Assembly: GCA_964016885.1 (NCBI GenBank)
Contig: OZ024740.1
Coordinates: 438,774,001 to 438,838,000 of the forward strand
Length of the DNA stretch: 64,000 nt
Direction of reading: 5' to 3'
From: Eledone cirrhosa
Lineage: Eukaryota
A program made the translations under genes and the position numbers. The notes under the pieces were generated by a model. That model was not told the DNA's origin, made no database searches, and saw only the letters and a list, made by a program, of their open reading frames with translations. Positions 1-15,000 of this stretch are shown one piece after another (positions within the stretch are counted from its first letter, which is position 1; each line of letters opens with the position of its first letter).

Positions 1-3000
1 CTAGACATGTTAGACATATTAGATATGTTAGATATGTTAGATATGTTAGATATGTTATGTTAGATGTATTAGATATGTTAGATATGTTAGATATGTTAGA
101 TATGTTAGATATGTTAGATATGTTAGACATGTTAGACATGTTAGATATGTTAGATATGTTAGATATGTTAGATATGTTAGATATGTTAGACATGTTAGAT
201 ATGTTAGATATGTTAGATATGTTAGATATGTTAGATACGTTAGATATATTAGATATGTTAGATATGTTAGATATGTTAGACATGTTAGATATGTTAGATA
301 TGTTAGACATGTTAGATATGTTAGACATGTTAGATATGTTAGACATGTTAGATATGTTAGACATGTTAGATATGTTAGATATGTTAGACAGGTTAGATAT
401 GTTAGACATGTTAGATATTTTAGATATGTTAGATATGTTAGACATGTTAGATATGTTAGACATGCTAGACATGTTAGACATGTTAGACATGTTAGACATG
501 TTAGATATGTTAGATAAGTTAGACATGTTAGACATGTTAGATATGTTAGATATGTTAGACATGTTAGATATGTTAGACATGTTAGACATGTTAGATATGT
601 TAGATATGTTAGACATGTTAGATATGTTAGACATGTTAGATATGCTAGACATGTTAGATATGTTAGATATGTTAGACATGTTAGATATGTTAGACATGTT
701 TGATATGTTAGACATGATAGATATGTTAGATATGTTAGATATTTTATATATGTTAGATATGTTATATATGTTAGATATGTTACACATGTTAGATATGTTA
801 GATATGTTAGATATGTTATGTTAGATATGTTAGATATGTTAGATATGTTAGACATGTTAGATATGTTAGACATGTTAGATATGCTAGACATGTTAGAGAT
901 GTTAGATATGTTAGATATGTTAGACATGTAAGACATGTTAGATATGTTAGATATGTTAGACATGTTAGATATGTTAGATATGTTAGATATGTTAGACATG
1001 TTAGATATGTTAGATATGTTAGATATGTTAGATATGTTAGATATGTTAAATATGTTAGATATGTTAGATATGTTAGATATTTTAGACATGTTAGAGATGT
1101 TAGATATGTTAGACATGTTAGATATGTTAGATATGTTAGATATTTTAGATATGTTAGATATGTCAGATATGTTAGATATGTTAGATATGTTAGATATGTT
1201 AGATATGTTAGATATGTTAGAGATGTTAGATATGTTAGATATGTTAGACATGTTAGACATGTTAGATATGTTAGATATGTTAGATATGTTAGATATGTTA
1301 GATATGTTAGACATGTTAGACATGTTAGACATGTTAGACATGTTAGATATGTTAGATATGTTAGACATGTTATGTTAGATATGCTAGATATGTTAGACAT
1401 GTTAGATATGTTAGATGTGTTATGTTAGATATGTTAGACATGTTAGATATGTTAGACATGTTAGATATGTTATGTTAGATTTGTTAGATATGTTATGTTA
1501 GATATGTTAGATATGTTAGATATGTTAGATATGTTAGACGTGTTAGATATGTTAGATATGTTAGATATGTTAAATACGTTAGACATGTTAGATATGTTAG
1601 ATATGTTAGATATGTTATGTTAGATATGTTAGATATGTTATGTTAGATATGTTAGATGTGTTATGTTTGATATGTTAGACATGTTAGATATGTTAGATAT
1701 GTTAGATATGTTATGTTAGACATGTTAGATATGTTATGTTAGATATGTTAGACATGTAAGATATGTTATGTTAGATATGTTAGACATGTTAGATATGTTA
1801 GATATGTTAGATATGTTACGTGAGATATGTTAGACATGTTAGATAAGTTAGATATGTTAGACATGTTAGTTATGTTAGATATGTTAGATATGTTAGATAT
1901 GTTAGATATGTTAGATATGTTAGATATGTTAGATATGTTAGACATGTTAGATATGTTAGATATGTTAGACATGTTAGATATGTTAGACATGTTAGATATG
2001 TTAGATATGTTAGATATGTTAGATATGTTAGATATGTTAGACATGTTAGATATGTTAGATATGTTAGATATGTTAGATATGTTAGATATGTTAGATTTGT
2101 TAGAGATGTTAGATATGTTAGATATGTTAGACATGTTAGACATATTAGATATGTTAGATATGTTAGATATGTTAGATATGTTAAATATGTTAGATATGTT
2201 AGACATGTTAGATATGTTAGATATGTTAGATATGTTAGATATGTTAGATATGTTATATATGTTAGATAAGTTAGATATGTTAGATATGTTAGACATGTTA
2301 GATATGTTAGATATGTTAGATATGTTAGATATGTTAGATATGTTAGATATGTTAGACATGTTAGATATGTTAGATATGTTAGACATGTTAGATATGTTAG
2401 ACATGTTAGATATGTTAGATATGTTAGATATGTTAGACATGTTAGATATGTTAGATATGTTAGATATGTTAGATATGTTATGTTAGATATGTTAGATATG
2501 TTAGATATGTTAAACATGTTAGATATGTTAGACATGTTAGATATGCTAGACATGTTAGAGATGTTAGATATGTTAGATATGTTAGACATGTTAGACATGT
2601 TAGATATGTTAGATATGTTAGATATGTTAGACATGTTAGATATGTTAGACATGTTAGATATGTTAGATATGTTAGACATGTTAGATATGTTAGATATGAT
2701 AGATATGTTAGATTTGTTAGAGATGTTAGATATGTTAGATATGTTAGACATGTTAGACATATTAGATATGTTAGATATGTTAGATATGTAAGATATGTTA
2801 AATATGTTAGACATGTTAGATATGTTAGATATGTTAGACATGTTAGATATGTTAGATATGTTAGACATGTTAGATATGTTAGATATGTTAGATATGTTAG
2901 ATATGTTAGATATGTTATATATGTTAGATAAGTTAGATATGTTAGATATGTTAGACATGTTAGATATGTTAGATATGTTAGATATGTTAGATATGTTAGA

Positions 3001-6000
3001 TATGTTAGACATGTTAGATATGTTAGATATGTTAGATATGTTAAATATGTTAGACATGTTAGATATGTTAGATATGTTAGATATGTTAGATATGTTAGAT
3101 ATGTTAGACATGTTAGATATGTTAGATATGTTAGACATGTTAGATATGTTAGACATGTTAGATATGTTAGATATGTTAGATATGTTAGACATGTTAGATA
3201 TGTTAGACATGTTAGATATGTTAGACATTTTAGACATGTAAGATATGTTAGATATGTCAGACATGTTAGATATGTTAGATATGTTAGATATATTAGATAT
3301 GTTAGATATGTTAGATATATTAGATATGTTAGATATGTTAGATATGTTAGATATGTTAGACATGTTAGATATGTTAGATATGCTAGACATGTTAGATATG
3401 TTAGATATGTTAGACAGGTTAGATATGTTAGACATGCTAGATATGTTAGACATGTTTGATATGTTAGACATGATATATATGTTAGATATGTTAGATATGT
3501 TATATATGTTAGATATGTTATATATGTTAGATATGTTAGACATGTTAGATATGTTAGATATGTTAGATATGTTGGATATGTTATGTTAGATATGTTAGAT
3601 ATGTTAGATATGTTAAACAAGTTAGATATGTTAGACATGTTAGATATGCTAGACATGTTAGAGATGTTAGATATGTTAGATATGTTAGACATGTTAGACA
3701 TGTTATGTTAGATGTATTAGATATGTTAGATATGTTAGATATGTTAGATATGTTAGATATGTTAGATATGTTAGACATGTTAGACATGTTAGATATGTTA
3801 GATATGTTAGATATGTTAGATATGTTAGATATGTTAGATATGTTAGATATGTTAGATATGTTAGATATGTTGGATATGTTATGTTAGATATGTTAGATAT
3901 GTTAGATATGTTAAACAAGTTAGATATGTTAGACATGTTAGATATGCTAGACATGTTAGACATATTAGATATGTTAGATATGTTAGATATGTTAGATATG
4001 TTATGTTAGATGTATTAGATATGTTAGATATGTTAGATATGTTAGATATGTTAGATATGTTAGATATGTTAGACATGTTAGACATGTTAGATATGTTAGA
4101 TATGTTAGATATGTTAGATATGTTAGATATGTTAGATATGTTAGATACGTTAGATATATTAGATATGTTAGATATGTTAGATATGTTAGACATGTTAGAT
4201 ATGTTAGATATGTTAGACATGTTAGATATGTTAGACATGTTAGATATGTTAGACATGTTAGATATGTTAGACATGTTAGATATGTTAGATATGTTAGACA
4301 GGTTAGATATGTTAGACATGTTAGATATTTTAGATATGTTAGATATGTTAGACATGTTAGATATGTTAGACATGCTAGACATGTTAGACATGTTAGACAT
4401 GTTAGACATGTTAGATATGTTAGATAAGTTAGACATGTTAGACATGTTAGATATGTTAGATATGTTAGACATGTTAGATATGTTAGACATGTTAGACATG
4501 TTAGATATGTTAGATATGTTAGACATGTTAGATATGTTAGACATGTTAGATATGCTAGACATGTTAGATATGTTAGATATGTTAGACATGTTAGATATGT
4601 TAGACATGTTTGATATGTTAGACATGATAGATATGTTAGATATGTTAGATATTTTATATATGTTAGATATGTTATATATGTTAGATATGTTACACATGTT
4701 AGATATGTTAGATATGTTAGATATGTTATGTTAGATATGTTAGATATGTTAGATATGTTAGACATGTTAGATATGTTAGACATGTTAGATATGCTAGACA
4801 TGTTAGAGATGTTAGATATGTTAGATATGTTAGACATGTAAGACATGTTAGATATGTTAGATATGTTATACATGTTAGATATGTTAGATATGTTAGATAT
4901 GTTAGACATGTTAGATATGTTAGATATGTTAGATATGTTAGATATGTTAGATATGTTAAATATGTTAGATATGTTAGATATGTTAGATATTTTAGACATG
5001 TTAGAGATGTTAGATATGTTAGACATGTTAGATATGTTAGATATGTTAGATATTTTAGATATGTTAGATATGTCAGATATGTTAGATATGTTAGATATGT
5101 TAGATATGTTAGATATGTTAGATATGTTAGAGATGTTAGATATGTTAGATATGTTAGACATGTTAGACATGTTAGATATGTTAGATATGTTAGACATGTT
5201 AGATATGTTAGATATGTTAGATATGTTAGATATGTTAGATATGTTAGACATGTTAGACATGTTAGACATGTTAGACATGTTAGACATGTTAGACATGTTA
5301 GATATGTTAGATATGTTAGACATGTTATGTTAGATATGCTAGATATGTTAGACATGTTAGATATGTTAGATGTGTTATGTTAGATATGTTAGACATGTTA
5401 GATATGTTAGACATGTTAGATATGTTATGTTAGATTTGTTAGATATGTTATGTTAGATATGTTAGATATGTTAGATATGTTAGACATGTTAGATATGTTA
5501 AATACGTTAGACATGTTAGATATGTTAGATATGTTAGATATGTTATGTTAGATATGTTAGATATGTTATGTTAGATATGTTAGATATGTTATGTTAGATA
5601 TGTTAGACATGTAAGATATGTTATGTTAGATATGTTAGACATGTTAGATATGTTAGATATGTTAGATATGTTACGTGAGATATGTTAGATATGTTAGACA
5701 TGTTAGTTATGTTAGATATGTTAGATATGTTAGACATGTTAGATATGTTAGATATGTTAGATATGTTATGTTAGACATGTTAGATATGTTATGTTAGATA
5801 TGTTAGACATGTAAGATATGTTATGTTAGATATGTTAGACATGTTAGATATGTTAGATATGTTAGATATGTTACGTGAGATATGTTAGATATGTTAGACA
5901 TGTTAGTTATGTTAGATATGTTAGATATGTTAGACATGTTAGATATGTTAGATATGTTAGATATGTTAGATATGTTAGACATGTTAGATATGTTAGACAT

Positions 6001-9000
6001 GTTAGATATGTTAGATATGTTAGATATGTTAGACATGTTAGATATGTTAGACATGTTAGATATGTTAGACATGTTAGACATGTAAGATATGTTAGATATG
6101 TTAGACATGTTAGATATGTTAGATATGTTAGATATATTAGATATGTTAGATATGTTAGATATGTTAGATATGTTAGATATGTTAGATATGTTAGACATGT
6201 TAGATATGTTAGATATGTTAGATATGTTAGATATGTTAGATATGTTAGATATGTTAGATATGTTAGATACGTTAGATATATTAGATATGTTAGATATGTT
6301 AGATATGTTAGACATGTTAGATATGTTAGATATGTTAGACATGTTAGATATGTTAGATATGTTAGATATGTTAGATATGTTAGACATGTTAGATATGTTA
6401 TGTTAGACATGTTAGATATGTTAGACATGTTAGATATTTTAGATATGTTCGATATGTTAGATATGTTAGACATGTTAGATATGTTAGACATGTTATATAT
6501 ATTATACATGTTAGATATGTTACACATGTTAGATATGTTAGTTATGTTAGACATGTTAGATATGTTAGATATGTTAGACATGTTAGATATGTTAGACATG
6601 TTAGATATGTTAGATATGTTAGATATGTCAGATATTTTAGACATGTTAGATATGTTAGACATGTTAGATATGTTAGATATGTTAGATATTGTAGATATGT
6701 TAGACATGTAAGACATGTTAGATATGTTAGACATGTTAGATATGTTAGACATGTTAGATATGTTAGACATGTTAGATATGTTAGACATGTTAGATATGTT
6801 AGATATGTTAGATATGTTAGATATGTTAGACATGTTAGATATTTTAGATATGTTAGATATGTTAGACATGTTAGACATGTTAGATATGTTAGACATGTTA
6901 GACATGTTAGACATGTTAGACATGTTAGACATGTTAGATATGTTAGACATGTTAGACATGTTAGATATGTTAGATATGTTAGACATGTTAGATATGTTTG
7001 ACATGTTAGATATGTTAGACATGTTTGATATGTTAGACATGTTAGATATGTTAGATATGTTAGATATGTTAGATATGTTAGACATGTTAGATATGTTAGA
7101 TATGTTAGATATGTTAGACATGTTAGATATGTTAGATATGTTAGATATGTTAGATATGTTAGATATGTTAGATATGCTAGACATGTTAGATATGTTAGAC
7201 ATGTTAGACATGTTAGATATGTTAGACATGTTAGACATGTTAGATATGTTAGATATGTTAGACAGGTTAGACATGTTAGACATGTTAGACATGTTAGATA
7301 TGTTAGACATGTTAGACATGTTAGATATGTTAGATATGTTAGACAGGTTAGATATGTTAGACATGTTAGATATGTTAGATATGTTAGACATGTTAGATAT
7401 GTTAGACATGTTAGATATGTTAGATATGTTAGACATGTTAGATATGTTAGACATGTTAGATATGTTAGACATGTTAGACATGTTAGATATGTTAGATATG
7501 TTAGACATGTTAGATATGTTAGATATGTTAGATATGTTAGATATGTTAGATATGTTAGACATGTTAGATATGTTAGATATGCTAGACATGTTAGATATGT
7601 TAGATATGTTAGATATGTTAGATATGTTAGATATGTTAGATATGTTAGACATGTTAGATATGTTAGATATGTTAGATATGTTAGATATGTTAGATATGTT
7701 AGACATGTTAGATATGTTAGATATGCTAGACATGTTAGATATGTTAGATATGTTAGATATGTTAGATATGTTAGACATGTTAGATATGTTAGATATGCTA
7801 GACATGTTAGATATGTTAGATAAGTTAGATATGTTAGATATGTTAGACATGTTAGATATGTTAGATATGTTAGACATGTTAGATATGTTAGATATGCTAG
7901 ACATGTTAGATATGTTAGATATGTTAGACAGGTTAGATATGTTAGACATGTTAGATATGTTAGACATGTTTGATATGTTAGACATGATAGATATGTTAGA
8001 TATGTTAGATATGTTATATATGTTAGATATGTTAGACATGTTAGACATGTTAGAGATGTTAGATATGTTAGACATGTTAGATATGTTACACATGTTAGAT
8101 ATGTTAGATATGTTAGATATGTTAGATATGTTAGATATGTTAGACATGTTAGATATGTTAGACATGTTAGATATGCTAGACATGTTAGAGATGTTAGATA
8201 TGTTAGATATGTTAGACATGTTAGACATGTTAGATATGTTATATATGTTAGATATGTTACACATGTTAGTGGTGTTAGATATGTTAGATATGTTAGACAT
8301 GTTAGTGGTGTTAGACATGTTAGATATGTTAGATATGTTAGATATGTTAGATATGTTAGATATGTTAGACATGTTAGATATGTTAGATATGTTACACATG
8401 TTAGATATGTTAGATATGTTAGATATGTTAGATATGTTATGTTAGATATGTTAGATATGTTAGATATGTTAGACATGTTAGATATGTTAGACATGTTAGA
8501 TATGCTAGACATGTTAGAGATGTTAGATATGTTAGATATGTTAGACATGTAAGACATGTTAGATATGTTAGATATGTTAGACATGTTAGATATGTTAGAT
8601 ATGTTAGATATGTTAGACATGTTAGATATGTTAGATATGTTAGATATGTTAGATATGTTAGATATGTTAAATATGTTAGATATGTTAGATATGTTAGATA
8701 TTTTAGACATGTTAGAGATGTTAGATATGTTAGACATGTTAGATAAGTTAGATATGTTAGATATTTTAGATATGTTAGATATGTCAGATATGTTAGATAT
8801 GTTAGATATGTTAGATATGTTAGACATGTTAGAGATGTTAGATATGTTAGAGATGTTAGATATGTTAGATATGTTAGATATGTTAGATATGTTAGATATG
8901 TTAGATATGTTAGATATGTTAGATATGTTAGAGATGTTAGATATGTTAGATATGTTAGATATGTTAGATATGTTAGAGATGTTAGATATGTTAGATATGT

Positions 9001-12000
9001 TAGATATGTTAGATATGTTAGAGATGTTAGATATGTTAGATATGTTAGACATGTTAGACATGTTAGATATGTTAGATATGTTAGACATGTTAGATATGTT
9101 AGATATGTTAGATATGTTAGATATGTTAGATATGTTAGACATATTAGACATGTTAGACATGTTAGACATGTTAGACATGTTAGACATGTTAGATATGTTA
9201 GATATGTTAGACATGTTATGTTAGATATGCTAGATATGTTAGACATGTTAGATATGTTAGACATGTTAGATATGTTATGTTAGATTTGTTAGATATGTTA
9301 TGTTAGATATGTTAGATATGTTAGATATGTTAGATATGTTAGACATGTTAGATATGTTAGATATGTTAGATATGTTAGATATGTTAGATATGTTAAATAC
9401 GTTAGACATGTTAGATATGTTAGATATGTTAGATATGTTAGATATGTTATGTTAGATATGTTAGATATGTTATGTTAGATATGTTAGATGTGTTATGTTT
9501 GATATGTTAGACATGTTAGATATGTTAGATATGTTAGATATGTTATGTTAGACATGTTAGATATGTTATGTTAGATATGTTAGACATGTAAGATATGTTA
9601 TGTTAGATATGTTAGACATGTTAGATATGTTAGATATGTTAGATATGTTACGTGAGATATGTTAGATATGTTAGACATGTTAGATATGTTAGATATGTTA
9701 GATATGTTAGATATGTTAGATATGTTAGATATGTTAGAGATGTTAGATATGTCAGATATGTTAGACATATTAGATATGTTAGATATGTTAGATATGTTAG
9801 ATATGTTAAATATGTTAGACATGTTAGATATGTTAGATATGTTAGATGTTAGATATGTTACATATGTTAGATATGTTAGACATGTTAGATATGTTAGATA
9901 TGTTAGACATGTTAGATATGTTAGATATGTTAGATATGTTAGATATGTTAGATATGTTATATATGTTAGATAAGTTAGATATGTTAGATATGTTAGACAT
10001 GTTAGATATGTTAGATATGTTAGATATGTTAGATATGTTAGATATGTTAGATATGTTAGATATGTTAGATATGTTAGATTTGTTAGAGATGTTAGATATG
10101 TTAGATATGTTAGACATGTTAGACATATTAGATATGTTAGATATGTTAGATATGTTAGATATGTTAAATATGTTAGATATGTTAGACATGTTAGATATGT
10201 TAGATATGTTAGATATGTTAGATATGTTAGATATGTTATATATGTTAGATAAGTTAGATATGTTAGATATGTTAGACATGTTAGATATGTTAGATATGTA
10301 AGATATGTTAGATATGTTAGATATGTTAGATATGTTAGATATGTTAGATATGTTAGACATGTTAGATATGTTAGATATGTTAGACATGTTAGATATGTTA
10401 GACATGTTAGATATGTTAGATATGTTAGATATGTTAGACATGTTAGATATGTTAGATATGTTAGATATGTTAGATATGTTATGTTAGATATGTTAGATAT
10501 GTTAGATATGTTAAACATGTTAGATATGTTAGACATGTTAGATATGCTAGACATGTTAGAGATGTTAGATATGTTAGATATGTTAGACATGTTAGACATG
10601 TTAGATATGTTAGATATGTTAGACATGTTAGATATGTTAGATATGTTAGATATGTTAGACATGTTAGATATGTTATATATGTTAGATATGTTAGATATGT
10701 TAGATATGTTAAATATGTTAGATATGTTAGATATGTTAGATATGTTAGACACGTTAGAGATGTTAGATATGTTAGACATGTTAGATATGTTAGATATGTT
10801 AGATATGTTAGATATGTTAGATATGTTAGATATGATAGATATGTTAGATTTGTTAGAGATGTTAGATATGTTAGATATGTTAGACATGTTAGACATATTA
10901 GATATGTTAGATATGTTAGATATGTAAGATATGTTAAATATGTTAGACATGTTAGATATGTTAGATATGTTAGACATGTTAGATATGTTAGATATGTTAG
11001 ATATGTTAGATATGTTAGATATGTTATATATGTTAGATAAGTTAGATATGTTAGATATGTTATATATGTTAGACATGTTAGATATGTTCGATATGTTAGA
11101 TATGTTAGATATGTTAGATATGTTATATATGTTAGATAAGTTAGATATGTTAGATATGTTAGACATGTTAGATATGTTATATATGTTAGACATGTTAGAT
11201 ATGTTCGATATGTTAGATATGTTAGATATGTTAGATATGTTATATATGTTAGATAAGTTAGATATGTTAGATATGTTAGACATGTTAGATATGTTAGACA
11301 TGTTAGATATGCTAGACATGTTAGATATGTTAGATATGTTAGACATGTTAGATATGTTAGACATGTTTGATATGTTAGATATGTTAGATATTTTATATAT
11401 GTTAGATATGTTATATATGTTAGATATGTTACACATGTTAGTGGTGTTAGACATGTTAGATATGTTAGATATGTTAGACATGTTAGATATGTTAGATATG
11501 TTACACATGTTAGATATGTTAGATATGTTAGATATGTTAGATATGTTATGTTAGATATGTTAGATATGTTAGATATGTTAGACATGTTAGATATGTTAGA
11601 CATGTTAGATATGCTAGACATGTTAGAGATGTTAGATATGTTAGATATGTTAGACATGTAAGACATGTTAGATATGTTAGATATGTTAGACATGTTAGAT
11701 ATGTTAGATATGTTAGATATGTTAGACATGTTAGATATGTTAGATATGTTAGATATGTTAGATATGTTAGATATGTTAAATATGTTAGATATGTTAGATA
11801 TGTTAGATATTTTAGACATGTTAGAGATGTTAGATATGTTAGACATGTTAGATAAGTTAGATATGTTAGATATTTTAGATATGTTAGATATGTCAGATAT
11901 GTTAGATATGTTAGATATGTTAGATATGTTAGACATGTTAGAGATGTTAGATATGTTAGAGATGTTAGATATGTTAGATATGTTAGATATGTTAGATATG

Positions 12001-15000
12001 TTAGATATGTTAGATATGTTAGATATGTTAGATATGTTAGAGATGTTAGATATGTTAGATATGTTAGATATGTTAGATATGTTAGAGATGTTAGATATGT
12101 TAGATATGTTAGATATGTTAGATATGTTAGAGATGTTAGATATGTTAGATATGTTAGACATGTTAGACATGTTAGATATGTTAGATATGTTAGACATGTT
12201 AGATATGTTAGATATGTTAGATATGTTAGATATGTTAGATATGTTAGACATATTAGACATGTTAGACATGTTAGACATGTTAGACATGTTAGACATGTTA
12301 GATATGTTAGATATGTTAGACATGTTATGTTAGATATGCTAGATATGTTAGACATGTTAGATATGTTAGACATGTTAGATATGTTATGTTAGATTTGTTA
12401 GATATGTTATGTTAGATATGTTAGATATGTTAGATATGTTAGATATGTTAGACATGTTAGATATGTTAGATATGTTAGATATGTTAGATATGTTAGATAT
12501 GTTAAATACGTTAGACATGTTAGATATGTTAGATATGTTAGATATGTTAGATATGTTATGTTAGATATGTTAGATATGTTATGTTAGATATGTTAGATGT
12601 GTTATGTTTGATATGTTAGACATGTTAGATATGTTAGATATGTTAGATATGTTATGTTAGACATGTTAGATATGTTATGTTAGATATGTTAGACATGTAA
12701 GATATGTTATGTTAGATATGTTAGACATGTTAGATATGTTAGATATGTTAGATATGTTACGTGAGATATGTTAGATATGTTAGACATGTTAGATATGTTA
12801 GATATGTTAGATATGTTAGATATGTTAGATATGTTAGATATGTTAGAGATGTTAGATATGTCAGATATGTTAGACATATTAGATATGTTAGATATGTTAG
12901 ATATGTTAGATATGTTAAATATGTTAGACATGTTAGATATGTTAGATATGTTAGATGTTAGATATGTTACATATGTTAGATATGTTAGACATGTTAGATA
13001 TGTTAGATATGTTAGACATGTTAGATATGTTAGATATGTTAGATATGTTAGATATGTTAGATATGTTATATATGTTAGATAAGTTAGATATGTTAGATAT
13101 GTTAGACATGTTAGATATGTTAGATATGTTAGATATGTTAGATATGTTAGATATGTTAGATATGTTAGATATGTTAGATATGTTAGATTTGTTAGAGATG
13201 TTAGATATGTTAGATATGTTAGACATGTTAGACATATTAGATATGTTAGATATGTTAGATATGTTAGATATGTTAAATATGTTAGATATGTTAGACATGT
13301 TAGATATGTTAGATATGTTAGATATGTTAGATATGTTAGATATGTTATATATGTTAGATAAGTTAGATATGTTAGATATGTTAGACATGTTAGATATGTT
13401 AGATATGTAAGATATGTTAGATATGTTAGATATGTTAGATATGTTAGATATGTTAGATATGTTAGACATGTTAGATATGTTAGATATGTTAGACATGTTA
13501 GATATGTTAGACATGTTAGATATGTTAGATATGTTAGATATGTTAGACATGTTAGATATGTTAGATATGTTAGATATGTTAGATATGTTATGTTAGATAT
13601 GTTAGATATGTTAGATATGTTAAACATGTTAGATATGTTAGACATGTTAGATATGCTAGACATGTTAGAGATGTTAGATATGTTAGATATGTTAGACATG
13701 TTAGACATGTTAGATATGTTAGATATGTTAGACATGTTAGATATGTTAGATATGTTAGATATGTTAGACATGTTAGATATGTTATATATGTTATATATGT
13801 TAGATATGTTAGATATGTTAAATATGTTAGATATGTTAGATATGTTAGATATGTTAGACACGTTAGAGATGTTAGATATGTTAGACATGTTAGATATGTT
13901 AGATATGTTAGATATGTTAGATATGTTAGATATGTTAGATATGATAGATATGTTAGATTTGTTAGAGATGTTAGATATGTTAGATATGTTAGACATGTTA
14001 GACATATTAGATATGTTAGATATGTTAGATATGTAAGATATGTTAAATATGTTAGACATGTTAGATATGTTAGATATGTTAGACATGTTAGATATGTTAG
14101 ATATGTTAGATATGTTAGATATGTTAGATATGTTATATATGTTAGATAAGTTAGATATGTTAGATATGTTATATATGTTAGACATGTTAGATATGTTCGA
14201 TATGTTAGATATGTTAGATATGTTAGATATGTTATATATGTTAGATAAGTTAGATATGTTAGATATGTTAGACATGTTAGATATGTTATATATGTTAGAC
14301 ATGTTAGATATGTTCGATATGTTAGATATGTTAGATATGTTAGATATGTTATATATGTTAGATAAGTTAGATATGTTAGATATGTTAGACATGTTAGATA
14401 TGTTAGATATGTTAGATATGTTAGATATGTTACATATGTTAGATATGTTAGATATGTTAGATATGTTAGACATGTTAGATATGTTAGATATGTTAGACAT
14501 GTTAGATATGTTAGACATGTTAGATATGTTAGATATGTTAGATATGTTAGACATGTTAGATATGTTAGACATGTTAGATATGTTAGACATTTTAGACATG
14601 TAAGATATGTTAGATATGTTAGACATGTTAGATATGTTAGATATGTTAGATATATTAGATATGTTAGATATGTTAGATATATTAGATATGTTAGATATGT
14701 TAGATATGTTAGATATGTTAGACATGTTAGATATGTTAGATATGTTAGACAGGTTAGATATGTTAGACATGCTAGATATGTTAGACATGTTTGATATGTT
14801 AGACATGATATATATGTTAGATATGTTAGATATGTTATATATGTTAGATATGTTATATATGTTAGATATGTTAGACATGTTAGATATGTTAGATATGTTA
14901 GATATGTTGGATATGTTATGTTAGATATGTTAGATATGTTAGATATGTTAAACAAGTTAGATATGTTAGACATGTTAGATATGCTAGACATGTTAGAGAT

